Assembly: GCA_963718915.1 (NCBI GenBank)
Contig: CAVRAI010000001.1
Span: forward strand, 390,001-422,000
Direction of reading: 5' to 3'
Length of the DNA stretch: 32,000 bases
Source of the DNA: an uncultured Chloroflexia bacterium
GTDB taxonomy: Bacteria; Chloroflexota; Ktedonobacteria; Ktedonobacterales; JADMIN01
The notes beneath the pieces were generated by a model. It was not told the DNA's origin, searched no databases, and saw only the letters and a list, made by a program, of their open reading frames with translations. Made by a program: the position numbers and the translations under genes. This document shows positions 5,829 to 13,707 of the stretch, piece after piece; the first letter of the stretch is position 1; every line of letters starts with the position of its first letter.

Positions 5829-7490
5829 ATGGCATTTACCCCACGCCGTCGCGCCGACGCCGCGCCCGGAGCGCAGTCCGCTGAGCCAAACGAGCCAAAT
5901 GAGCCAGCCGGGACAACGGGCAACACGAAGAGCATAGCCACCACCGCTGTGCGTCCCGTTGCCATGCTGCCGTTGCGCATCCTCGTCTTCGTCGGCGGCA
6001 TGGTCTCTATGCTGCTGGAGATGTCGGCCTCGCGGCTGCTCGCGCCCTATTTTGGGACGTCGCTCTTTATCTGGGCCAACCTGATTGGACTGGTGCTGAT
6101 CTACCTCTCGGCGGGCTACTTCGTCGGCGGCAGGCTGGCGGACCGCTACCCCAGCATGCGGCTGCTCTCGATTCTGACGACCATCGCCGCGTTGGCGACT
6201 GGACTGATCCCGTTCATTAGCAAGCCCGTCCTCGACTGGTCCATCAGCGGGATGACCGAGGTCAACGCCAGCGTCTTCTATAGCTCGCTGGTGGCGGTCA
6301 TTCTGCTCTTCGGCGTGCCGATTACGCTGCTGGGCATGGTCTCGCCATTCGCCGTTCGCCTGAGTACTCGCTCCGTCGGCAGCACCGGGCGCAGCGCGGG
6401 CGGCCTCTATGCGCTCTCCACCGTCGGCAGCATCGTCGGCACCTTCCTGCCGGTGCTACTCCTCATCCCCCACATCGGCGTCAAACGCACGATTATCACT
6501 GGCTGCGTCGCGCTGCTGGCGGCCTCGCTCTACGGCCTGCGCTTCTGGGAGCGTATCGGCGCCGCTATACCCGGCGTCATTCTGCTCCTGCCGCTCTTGC
6601 TGCCGCAGGTGGCCCCGCTGGGCGCGCTCAAGACAACGCCGGGCATGATCTTTTCGCAGGAGTCGTTCTACAACTACATCCAGGTAGTGCAGACAGCCGA
6701 CGGCACGCGCCAGCTCGTGCTCAACGAGGGCGAGGCGATCCATTCCGTCTATAACCCCAATCACATTCTGACCGGCTGGTACTGGGACTATTTCTTGGCC
6801 ATGCCCTATTTCAATCAGGGCGAGAACGCGGGCAAGGTCAAGCGTGTCGCCATCATCGGGCTGGCGGCGGGCACAATCGCGCGCCAGTTCACCGCCGTCT
6901 ATGGCCCCGTGCCAATCGATGGCGTCGAGATCGATCCGGCGATTGTGGATGTGGGACGCCGCTACTTCGATATGACCGAGCCAAACCTGCATGTCCATAC
7001 CGATGATGGCCGCACCTTCATGCGCGTCACGCATAACACCTACGATGTGGTGGCGATTGACGCTTTTCAGCAGCCCTATATCCCCTTCCAGCTGACGACC
7101 AAAGAGTTCTTCGAGGAGGTGCGCGCGCATATGTCGCCAACCGGCGTCCTCGTCCTGAACACTGGCCACACCCGCACGGATTACCGGCTGGCGCAGGCGT
7201 TTATCAATACGCTGAGCCAGGTCTTCCCCAGCGTCTATGCCTTCGATGTGCCAGACACCTTCAATACCGAGATCGTTGCGACAAATAGCCCTACCACTCT
7301 CACCACATTCCGTGATAACCTTAGCCGGGTCCCGTCAAGCTCACTCCTTGGTCGAGTCGCGGCGGAGGTGTTGCCTGTGGCGCGTGTGGCAAAGGCGGAG
7401 CCGGGCGGCATCGTCTTCACCGACGATCAGGCGCCCGTCGAGCAGTTGACGGACCAGTTGATTCTGAACTATATCCAGCAGGGCGGGTAA
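5829..7490 (+). CDS. Fused polytopic membrane domain plus spermidine-synthase-like (SpeE-type) methyltransferase-fold protein
   Basis: The N-terminal ~230 aa contain multiple TM helices. The C-terminus has VAIIGLAAGTIARQF, VEIDPAIVDVGRRYF, HTDDGRTFM and YDVVAIDAFQQPYIPFQLTTKEFF, typical of spermidine synthase family proteins. The start is uncertain (5829 or Met46 at 5964). Confidence 0.7.
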   Translation: MAFTPRRRADAAPGAQSAEPNEPNEPAGTTGNTKSIATTAVRPVAMLPLRILVFVGGMVSMLLEMSASRLLAPYFGTSLFIWANLIGLVLIYLSAGYFVGGRLADRYPSMRLLSILTTIAALATGLIPFISKPVLDWSISGMTEVNASVFYSSLVAVILLFGVPITLLGMVSPFAVRLSTRSVGSTGRSAGGLYALSTVGSIVGTFLPVLLLIPHIGVKRTIITGCVALLAASLYGLRFWERIGAAIPGVILLLPLLLPQVAPLGALKTTPGMIFSQESFYNYIQVVQTADGTRQLVLNEGEAIHSVYNPNHILTGWYWDYFLAMPYFNQGENAGKVKRVAIIGLAAGTIARQFTAVYGPVPIDGVEIDPAIVDVGRRYFDMTEPNLHVHTDDGRTFMRVTHNTYDVVAIDAFQQPYIPFQLTTKEFFEEVRAHMSPTGVLVLNTGHTRTDYRLAQAFINTLSQVFPSVYAFDVPDTFNTEIVATNSPTTLTTFRDNLSRVPSSSLLGRVAAEVLPVARVAKAEPGGIVFTDDQAPVEQLTDQLILNYIQQGG

Positions 7491-7504
7491 GGAGCAGGCG
7501 GCGC

Positions 7505-8791
7505 ATGAGCGTTATGGCGATTGTCGGCGCACAGTGGGGCGACGAGGGCAAGGGCAAGATCATCGACGAGCTAGCCGACCGGGCGGCATATGTCGCGCGC
7601 TATCAGGGCGGCGGCAACGCGGGCCATCGCGTGCTCCACGGCGAGAAGGAGTTCGCATTCCATCTGGTGCCCGCGGGCATTCTGCACGATGGCGTCACCT
7701 GTATCATCGGCAACGGCGTCGTGGTGGATCCGCGCGGGCTGCTCAAGGAGATGGATGACCTGCGCCAGCTTGGCGTTGACCTGACGCGGCTGTTCATCAG
7801 CGAGCGCGCCCATGTCGTCATGCCCTATCACTTCACGCTGGATCGCCTGGAGGAAGAGAGCCGCGGCGCCGAACGCATCGGCACAGTGCTGCGGGGCATC
7901 GGTCCCGCCTATGTCGATAAATACGCGCGCAACGGCATCCGCATGGCTGACCTGCTGGATGTTGACGCCTTTCGCTCCAAGCTCTCCGCCGTCCTCGACC
8001 AGAAGAACCGGCTGATTACACAGATTTATGGCCAGCAGCCGCTCTCGCTCGAAGAGATCCACACCGAGTACGTCGGCTACGCGCAGCAGCTTCGCCCGTA
8101 CATCACCGATACGCAGGCGATGCTCCAGTCGGCCTACGAGCAGGGCAAGCCGATCCTGCTGGAGGGCGCTCAGGGCGCACTGCTGGATGTGGACTTCGGC
8201 ACCTATCCGTTCGTGACCTCCTCCTCGACCATCGCGGGCAACGCCTCGACCGGCTCCGGTCTCTCGCCGCGCTGCATCGAGCATGTGTTGGGCGTCTATA
8301 AGGCGTATATCACCCGCGTCGGCAGTGGGCCAATGCCTACCGAACTCTTCGACGATGACGGCGACAAGCTCCGTGAGTCCGGACACGAGTATGGGACGAC
8401 GACGGGACGCCCGCGCCGCTGCGGCTGGTTCGACGCTGTGGCGGGCCGCTTCGTCGCCAAGCTCAACGGCTTCGACGGCATGGCGATCATGAAGCTGGAC
8501 GTGCTCGACGACTTCGACACGATCCGCATCGCGACATCCTATCGCATGGGCGACCGCGAGCTACACGCGCCCCCCGCCAATCTGAACGATCTAGCCGCCT
8601 GCGAGCCGGTCTACGAGGAGTGGCCCGGCTGGAAGACCTCGACCGCTGGCGCGACGACGATGGACGAGCTACCCGAGGCCGCCCGCCGCTATCTCCACCG
8701 CCTGGAAGAGTTGCTCGATACGCCGCTGACGCTGGTCTCGGTCGGCCCAGGTCGCGGCCAGACGATCCACCTCCGCGAACTGAGTTTGTAG
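7505..8791 (+). CDS. purA: Adenylosuccinate synthase
   Basis: GAQWGDEGKGK P-loop, GGNAGH, TTGRGIGP-like GIGPAY and YGTTTGRPRRCGW. The length is complete at 428 aa. Confidence 0.95.
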   Translation: MSVMAIVGAQWGDEGKGKIIDELADRAAYVARYQGGGNAGHRVLHGEKEFAFHLVPAGILHDGVTCIIGNGVVVDPRGLLKEMDDLRQLGVDLTRLFISERAHVVMPYHFTLDRLEEESRGAERIGTVLRGIGPAYVDKYARNGIRMADLLDVDAFRSKLSAVLDQKNRLITQIYGQQPLSLEEIHTEYVGYAQQLRPYITDTQAMLQSAYEQGKPILLEGAQGALLDVDFGTYPFVTSSSTIAGNASTGSGLSPRCIEHVLGVYKAYITRVGSGPMPTELFDDDGDKLRESGHEYGTTTGRPRRCGWFDAVAGRFVAKLNGFDGMAIMKLDVLDDFDTIRIATSYRMGDRELHAPPANLNDLAACEPVYEEWPGWKTSTAGATTMDELPEAARRYLHRLEELLDTPLTLVSVGPGRGQTIHLRELSL

Positions 8792-8797
8792 GGAGTG

Positions 8798-8835
8798 CCC
8801 TCTCCGCCAGCCCCTCCGCGCGTCGGGGAGGAGAG
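8798..8835. repeat. CCCTCTCC-type hairpin repeat, copy a (terminator-like, directly after purA stop)
   Basis: CTCTCC (8800-8805) pairs with GGAGAG (8830-8835), and an inner CCCC (8811-8814) pairs with GGGG (8825-8828). This is a divergent member of the family listed below. Confidence 0.5.
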
Positions 8836-8890
8836 CCAGATACACCTCTTGGGGCGAATAGCATGTCACACGATAGATAGGAACGCGCAA

Positions 8891-9142
8891 ATGATGGAGT
8901 CGCTTTCCCAGGTCGTGTTGCTCGTTGATATGCCAGAGCATCGATTGCGCGTAGGTGACGTGGGCGTTGTGGTTGATGTGCATCCGGGCACACCTGCAAC
9001 GGGTAATGTCGCAGGCTATAGCGTCGAGTTCGTTACCATGAGTGGGGAAACGATGGCAGTACTCGAACTTGAAGAAACACAGATACGCCCTGTCCGCTCA
9101 ACCGATATTGCCCATGTGCGCGAGCTTGCCAGCGCCTCGTAA
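8891..9142 (+). CDS. DUF4926-like small protein (83 aa)
   Basis: MMESLSQVVLLVDMPEHRLRVGDVGVVVDVH...YSVEFVTMSGETMAVLELEETQIRP fits the DUF4926 pattern (V.L..DLPE.GL..GD.G.VV.V......Y.VEF....G.T.A...L...Q). The internal ATG at 8891 is preferred because the longer ORF from 8795 starts inside the hairpin repeat. Confidence 0.6.
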   Translation: MMESLSQVVLLVDMPEHRLRVGDVGVVVDVHPGTPATGNVAGYSVEFVTMSGETMAVLELEETQIRPVRSTDIAHVRELASAS

Positions 9143-9165
9143 AGCGTACCCGATAAGGAAAACCT

Positions 9166-9897
9166 GTGACGCCCAACGCCTATTCTTCGCTATGGTTTCG
9201 CCTCTTCATGCCCTTGCAGACAGACGAATCCACCGAGAAGGATGTTGCCTTTCTCGCCCGCCAGCTCCCGCTCCCGCGCTATGTGCGTCTGCTAGACCTC
9301 TGCTGCGGATATGGGCGTCATGCGCTGCGGCTGGCGGAACGTGGCTATCAAATGACAGGGCTGGATCGCGACCCGGAGGCCACCGCCGAGGCTGAGCGCC
9401 GCACGCGCGCGGCAAATCAGCAGGTGACATATCTCGTCGGCGATATGCGCGAGGTAGGCGAATTACCCGGAACGTTCGACGGGGTCATCAACATGTGGCA
9501 GAGCCTGCCCTATTTCGATGAGGCAACCAATGCCGAGGTGCTGCGCCAGGTACGCGGCAAGCTGACGCCAGGCGGGCGCTTCATCGTGGATATCTACAAT
9601 CGCGAGTACTTCGAGCGCAACCAGGGCCAGCGACGCCAGGAGATCGACGGGACGGTAGTCGAATCCGACGGATATATGCAGGGCAATCGCTGGCACTCCG
9701 TGCTGACCTATCGCGATGCGGCTGGCGCAGTCATCGGCGGCGATCACATGGAGTGGCAGATGTTTACCCCGGACGAGTTCGTAGCCCTGGCGTCCGAATG
9801 TGACTTTACCTCGCGGTTGGCCTGCGCCTGGGCGGATGAGAACATCGCGCCAACCCCAGATGTCGCGCGGATGCAGGTCGTCCTTGAGCGCGTCTAA
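9166..9897 (+). CDS. Class I SAM-dependent methyltransferase
   Basis: GTG start with AAGGAA 5 nt upstream. Motif I is VRLLDLCCGYGRHALRLAERG, followed by GLDRD, YLVGDMRE, FDGVINMWQSL and LTPGGRFIVD. Confidence 0.85.
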   Translation: MTPNAYSSLWFRLFMPLQTDESTEKDVAFLARQLPLPRYVRLLDLCCGYGRHALRLAERGYQMTGLDRDPEATAEAERRTRAANQQVTYLVGDMREVGELPGTFDGVINMWQSLPYFDEATNAEVLRQVRGKLTPGGRFIVDIYNREYFERNQGQRRQEIDGTVVESDGYMQGNRWHSVLTYRDAAGAVIGGDHMEWQMFTPDEFVALASECDFTSRLACAWADENIAPTPDVARMQVVLERV

Positions 9898-9899
9898 TA

Positions 9900-10072
9900 C
9901 CGAACCTGGGTGGATTGCCGTCATACGGCGGCAGACCGTAGCGTGGACGCTCCGGCGCTCCGCCTCTCTGGTTTAATCGTCAGGGCCTTGCGCTCTCTCA
10001 GGCTCCGGCACGCTCCTCACAGACAACGGCCCAGCCGGACACGGCATTATTTTGGGTTCACCCGCCTCAACT
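9900..10072. repeat. Degenerate copy of the MITE-like element family
   Basis: The core GACCGTAGCGTGGACGCTCCGGCG..CCGCCTCTCTGG (9934-9972) matches GGCCGTAGCGTGAACGCTCCGGCG...CCGGCCTCTCTGG of the 11940-12098 element. CCGGACACGGCATT (~10035) resembles its arm. The boundaries are uncertain. Confidence 0.35.
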
Positions 10073-10195
10073 GAAGATCCCACATATGCATAATGGCGGG
10101 AACGGAATCTGCGAACAGACAACTGGTGAGCCCGCTAAGGTTGTGTGTCCACTAAGGTCACTGCTCAGCGGGAACTCCGCACGATTGGGGTAAGC

Positions 10196-11686
10196 ATGGC
10201 TACGAGCGCACGGCCCACGGGAACGGGGCTGACCCAAGCTGACGGCATGCGGGAGGCGCCGTTTGCGTCGTCGTGGCGGCGCGCGCACTTGTCGGTGGAC
10301 GAGCGCGTAGCCAGAGGCCACGCTGCGCGCCGGGAGGCGCCACGGTCCGAGCATGGCCGGTGGAAGGCGGCGCCGAATCGCCCAGACCCGGTGGCGCTGC
10401 TGGAGGAGCAAGCGGCGACCCGAGTGCCGGAGCTAGCGCCGATCCGGTACGGGCGGATGCTGGTCTCGCCGTTCACCTTCTACCGAGGGGCGGCGGCAAT
10501 CATGGCAGCCGACCTGGCGTCCACCCCGGTCGCGGGAATCACCGTGCAGCTATGCGGAGATGCGCACCTGTCGAACTTCGGGGTATTCGGCACCCCGGAG
10601 CGGCAGCTGATCTTCGACATCAACGATTTTGACGAGACCCTGCCCGGCCCGTGGGAGTGGGACGTCAAGCGGATGGCGGCCAGCTTCGAAATCATGGGTC
10701 GGTTTCGCGGTTTCTCCTCGGCTGACCGGCGTGTGATCGTCACCGCCGGGGTGCAAGAGTACCGGGAGCGGATGCGCCGGGCCGCCGGGATGGGCACGCT
10801 GGACGCCTGGTATGACCATCTCGAAGCTGAGGTGCTGCTCAACCTGACCCGTCAGCAGGTTCGCCTCAAGCATCTGGACAAAAAGTCCGCGCAGCAGGCG
10901 GAAAAGTATGTGGCCAAGGCCTATACCCGTGACAGCACCCAGGTGCTGGCCAGGCGGGCATCCAAGGTCGGCGGTGACCTGCGGATAGTAGCTGACCCGC
11001 CGCTGATCATCCCCATCGAAGACATGATCGTGGCTGGGACCGAGTGGGAGGACCCGGTTCCGCTGATCAAGAAACTGCTCGCCACCTACCGGCGCACCCT
11101 CGGCAGCCAGGGTCATCCGCTGGAAGAGTTCCGTTACGTGCACGCCGCGCGCAAGGTGGTCGGCGTGGGCAGTGTCGGTACCCGCTGCTACATCCTGCTG
11201 CTCATCGGCCGCGACGAGGACGACCCGCTGTTCTTGCAGGTGAAAGAGGCGCAGGCCTCGGTGCTGGAGGCGTATGCAGGCCGCAGTACCTATCCCCACC
11301 ACGGCCAGCGGGTGGTGATGGGCCAGCAGTTGATGCAGGCGGCCACCGACATTTTCCTCGGCTGGCAGCGGATCAAAGGCATTGACGGCGTGGCCCGTGA
11401 CTATTACGTGCGCCAGTTCCATGACTGGAAAGGTGGCATCGACGTGGAGCGAATCACCGTACCTGGCTCCACGCAATACGCGCGGTTTTGCGGGGCGACG
11501 CTGGCCAGGGCGCACGCCCGCTGGGGCGACCGGATCGCGATCGCGTCCTACCTCGGCAAGGGCGATATGTTCGACCGGGCCATCGCCGAGTTCTCCGTCG
11601 CGTACGCCGACCAAAACGAACGCGACTACCAGATGTTCGCAGAGGCCGTGAACTCCGGGCGGCTGATTGCTCAAACTGGCGTGTAG
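10196..11686 (+). CDS. DUF2252 family protein
   Basis: LLEEQAATRVPELAPIRYGRMLVSPFTFYRGAAAIMAADLA...VQLCGDAHLSNFG...ERQLIFDINDFDETLPGPWEWDVKRMAAS are the conserved blocks I recognise for DUF2252. The ATG at 10196 (GGGGTAAG upstream) is preferred over the GTG at 10145. Confidence 0.75.
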   Translation: MATSARPTGTGLTQADGMREAPFASSWRRAHLSVDERVARGHAARREAPRSEHGRWKAAPNRPDPVALLEEQAATRVPELAPIRYGRMLVSPFTFYRGAAAIMAADLASTPVAGITVQLCGDAHLSNFGVFGTPERQLIFDINDFDETLPGPWEWDVKRMAASFEIMGRFRGFSSADRRVIVTAGVQEYRERMRRAAGMGTLDAWYDHLEAEVLLNLTRQQVRLKHLDKKSAQQAEKYVAKAYTRDSTQVLARRASKVGGDLRIVADPPLIIPIEDMIVAGTEWEDPVPLIKKLLATYRRTLGSQGHPLEEFRYVHAARKVVGVGSVGTRCYILLLIGRDEDDPLFLQVKEAQASVLEAYAGRSTYPHHGQRVVMGQQLMQAATDIFLGWQRIKGIDGVARDYYVRQFHDWKGGIDVERITVPGSTQYARFCGATLARAHARWGDRIAIASYLGKGDMFDRAIAEFSVAYADQNERDYQMFAEAVNSGRLIAQTGV

Positions 11687-11784
11687 AGAGACCCGCGGTT
11701 GTGGGAGGCTGTCGTCCCCGCGCACAGCAGGATTCATACCTGTCTCAGACAACCTCTAATATGCGCTGCTACGTCCCTGCGTAG

Positions 11785-11838
11785 TTAATACACCGCATAG
11801 CCGCCGACGACCGCGCGGTGATAGCCCTCGTGCGGCAG
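11785..11838 (-). pseudogene. Remnant: last ~17 codons of a paralog/allele of the GT-C glycosyltransferase gene
   Basis: The minus-strand translation LPHEGYHRAVVGGYAVY* compares with LPHEGYTRAVVGGYVIYYYTG* at 13708-13770. The 39-nt core (11800-11838) is 34/39 identical by hand. There is no upstream gene body. Confidence 0.7.
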
Positions 11839-11939
11839 AGTGTGGCTTTGCCTCGCGACTGATCTGCGCCTGGGCGGATGAGGCCATTCCGCCATCCCCA
11901 GATGTCGCGCGGATGCAGGTTGTCCTTGAGCGAACCTAA
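11838..11939 (+). pseudogene. Remnant: last 33 codons plus stop of a diverged copy of the methyltransferase gene
   Basis: ECGFASRLICAWADEAIPPSPDVARMQVVLERT* compares with ECDFTSRLACAWADENIAPTPDVARMQVVLERV* (9796-9897). The length is the same, 86/102 nt are identical by hand count, and the stop is at the same position. There is no upstream gene body. Confidence 0.8.
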
Positions 11940-12098
11940 TGTGGTTTTACCATGTACGACGGACACGGGAATTGCGGTGGGGTGAGCAGGCCGTAGCGTG
12001 AACGCTCCGGCGAATTTCCCGGCCTCTCTGGCCCATGTGCTGGCAGGTCCCGGCAGGCCCACCCCAGCACGCTGTTCGGGGTTATTTCTAAAACCACA
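11940..12098. mobile_element. 159-bp MITE-like non-autonomous element
   Basis: Perfect 10-bp terminal inverted repeats TGTGGTTTTA (11940-11949) and TAAAACCACA (12089-12098). It is flanked by TAA on both sides (11937-11939 and 12099-12101) and has no coding capacity. Related copies occur at ~21121-21288 and, degenerate, at ~9900-10072. Confidence 0.7.
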
Positions 12099-12265
12099 TA
12101 AGGCGCAGGAACACAGCTCACATGCGCGAGCTTGCCAGCGCCTCGTACGCCGTGACCGTCGTGGATTGGGCCGTAATTACGAAGTCGTCCTGTGCGAACA
12201 TCTCAAGGGAAAGTCTTGCTCGCGCAGTGGGTCATCTCTGTGCTTGCGAAGCCTACGCCTCCATC

Positions 12266-12294
12266 TTGCACGCTATGGCGCCTGATGCTACACT
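12266..12294 (+). promoter_or_regulatory. Sigma70-type promoter of the TIR-FGS gene (TTGCAC-17-TACACT)
   Basis: TTGCAC at 12266-12271, a 17-nt spacer and TACACT at 12289-12294, about 50 nt upstream of the start. Confidence 0.45.
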
Positions 12295-12341
12295 GGCAGG
12301 GCAGCCAGACGGATTAGGCGCGCATTCGTAACAGAGAGGCG

Positions 12342-13655
12342 GTGGCCAGAGCCATGAGCGCATTTCATACGACCTTCGTCAGCCATGCCCACGTCGATAA
12401 CGACCTCTGCGACCGCTTCGTCGCCGCATTGCGGGCACGCGGGATAGACATCTGGTATGACCGCAACAACGCCCAGGCGGGCCATTTCCTCGACCGGGAG
12501 ATCGAGCAGCAACTGAAGCAGCGCTCCGCCTTCGTCCTGCTGATGACGCAGCAGGCGCTCGACTCCTTCTGGGTGCAACAGGAGCTAGACGCCTATCGCG
12601 GGCTGATGGCGCAAGATCGCGCGCGTCTGCTGTTGCCCGTGCGCATCGGCCCCTGCCAGGTGACGCCGTTTCTCAATGCCCTGCTCTGGATCGACGCGCT
12701 GGCGATGCCCTTCGACCAGGCGCTAGACGAGATCGCCGCCGCGCTGATGGTGCAGGGCGCTCCATCGGCTCAGCCGCCCGTTGTCACACCACCGCCCCGC
12801 GATAGCTTGCCGCCGCTCGGCCCTGCGCCCGCGCCTGCGAATAGCGCGCCCGCGCTGCATCTCACCCCCATGTCGCTTTATAATCTCGGCTTTCGTGGCT
12901 ACCGCGTGAACGGCGTCGAGTGCATCCTGCCACCGCTCTGCCCGGTACCCGGTGGCGTCTTCACGATGGGCAGCGACAAAACCCGTGACCAAGCGGCGTT
13001 TGACGGGGAGACGCCACAATATCCCGTCGAGGTGGATGGCTTCGCCATTGGCCAGCATCCCGTCACCGTCGCCGAGTACGCCTGCGCCGTGCGCGCCAAA
13101 GCGGTACGCGAGCCATCGAAAGTCGCCCACCCTGATGTGGATTGGACGAAGCAGCAGACACACCCCGATCACCCGGTGGTCTGCGTCTGGTGGAAAGATG
13201 TGCTTGCCTATGCGCAGTGGCTGGCCAAGACGACAGGGCAGCGCTGGCGACTGCCGAGTGAGGCGGAGTGGGAGAAGGCGGCGCGTGGGGATGACGGGCG
13301 TATCTATCCCTGGGGCGACACCTTCGACAAGGTTCGCTGCAACACCAGCGAAAGCGACATCAGAACGACGACGCCCGTAGGCAGCTACCCCAGTGGCGAG
13401 AGTCCGTATCACGTCCAGGATATGACTGGCAACGTCTGGGAGTGGACGAGTACGCTGTATCAGCCGTATCCCTACCGTAAAAACGATGGGAGAGAGAATC
13501 CAAATTCCATTGATAGTCGAGTGCTGCGTGGCAGTTCGTGGGTCGGCTACCAACAGAACATGCGCGCAGCCTATCGCCTCCTCGGCCGACCCGCCTTCCT
13601 CCACGTCTACAGCATTGGGGTTCGTCTGGCGGTCTCGGCGCCTGGTTCAGCATAA
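12342..13655 (+). CDS. TIR domain - Pro-rich linker - FGE-sulfatase (SUMF1/formylglycine-generating-enzyme-like) domain protein
   Basis: TIR: TTFVSHAHVDN, IWYD and AFVLLMTQQALDSFWVQQE (Glu81). FGE-sulfatase: GGVFTMGSD, HPVTVAEY, HPVVCVWWKDVLAYAQWL, RLPSEAEWEKAARG, YPWGD, GNVWEWT and RVLRGSSW. An alternative start is the ATG at 12354. Confidence 0.85.
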   Translation: MARAMSAFHTTFVSHAHVDNDLCDRFVAALRARGIDIWYDRNNAQAGHFLDREIEQQLKQRSAFVLLMTQQALDSFWVQQELDAYRGLMAQDRARLLLPVRIGPCQVTPFLNALLWIDALAMPFDQALDEIAAALMVQGAPSAQPPVVTPPPRDSLPPLGPAPAPANSAPALHLTPMSLYNLGFRGYRVNGVECILPPLCPVPGGVFTMGSDKTRDQAAFDGETPQYPVEVDGFAIGQHPVTVAEYACAVRAKAVREPSKVAHPDVDWTKQQTHPDHPVVCVWWKDVLAYAQWLAKTTGQRWRLPSEAEWEKAARGDDGRIYPWGDTFDKVRCNTSESDIRTTTPVGSYPSGESPYHVQDMTGNVWEWTSTLYQPYPYRKNDGRENPNSIDSRVLRGSSWVGYQQNMRAAYRLLGRPAFLHVYSIGVRLAVSAPGSA

Positions 13656-13663
13656 GGGCGCGA

Positions 13664-13698
13664 ACCTCACCCCCGTCCCCTCTCCTGTGGGAGAGGGG
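13664..13698. repeat. CCCCTCTCC hairpin repeat, copy b (reverse orientation; between convergent genes)
   Basis: ACCTCACCCC (13664-13673) is followed by a perfect 9-bp stem, CCCCTCTCC (13677-13685), loop tgtg, GGAGAGGGG (13690-13698). Confidence 0.8.
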
Positions 13699-13707
13699 AG
13701 CCAGAAT

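Noticed and set aside
8795-8890. Longer 115-aa version of the DUF4926 ORF starting at 8795
   Set aside because: The N-terminal extension is the translation of the hairpin repeat directly after the purA stop (PSPPAPPRVGEES). The family-like sequence begins at Met 8891, which has an upstream AGGA.
12122-12331. 69-aa ORF MRELASASYAVTVVDW... as a real gene
   Set aside because: Its start is simply the duplicated 25-nt end of the DUF4926 gene. It has no RBS, the remaining sequence shows no recognisable features, and it overlaps the predicted promoter of the TIR-FGS gene.
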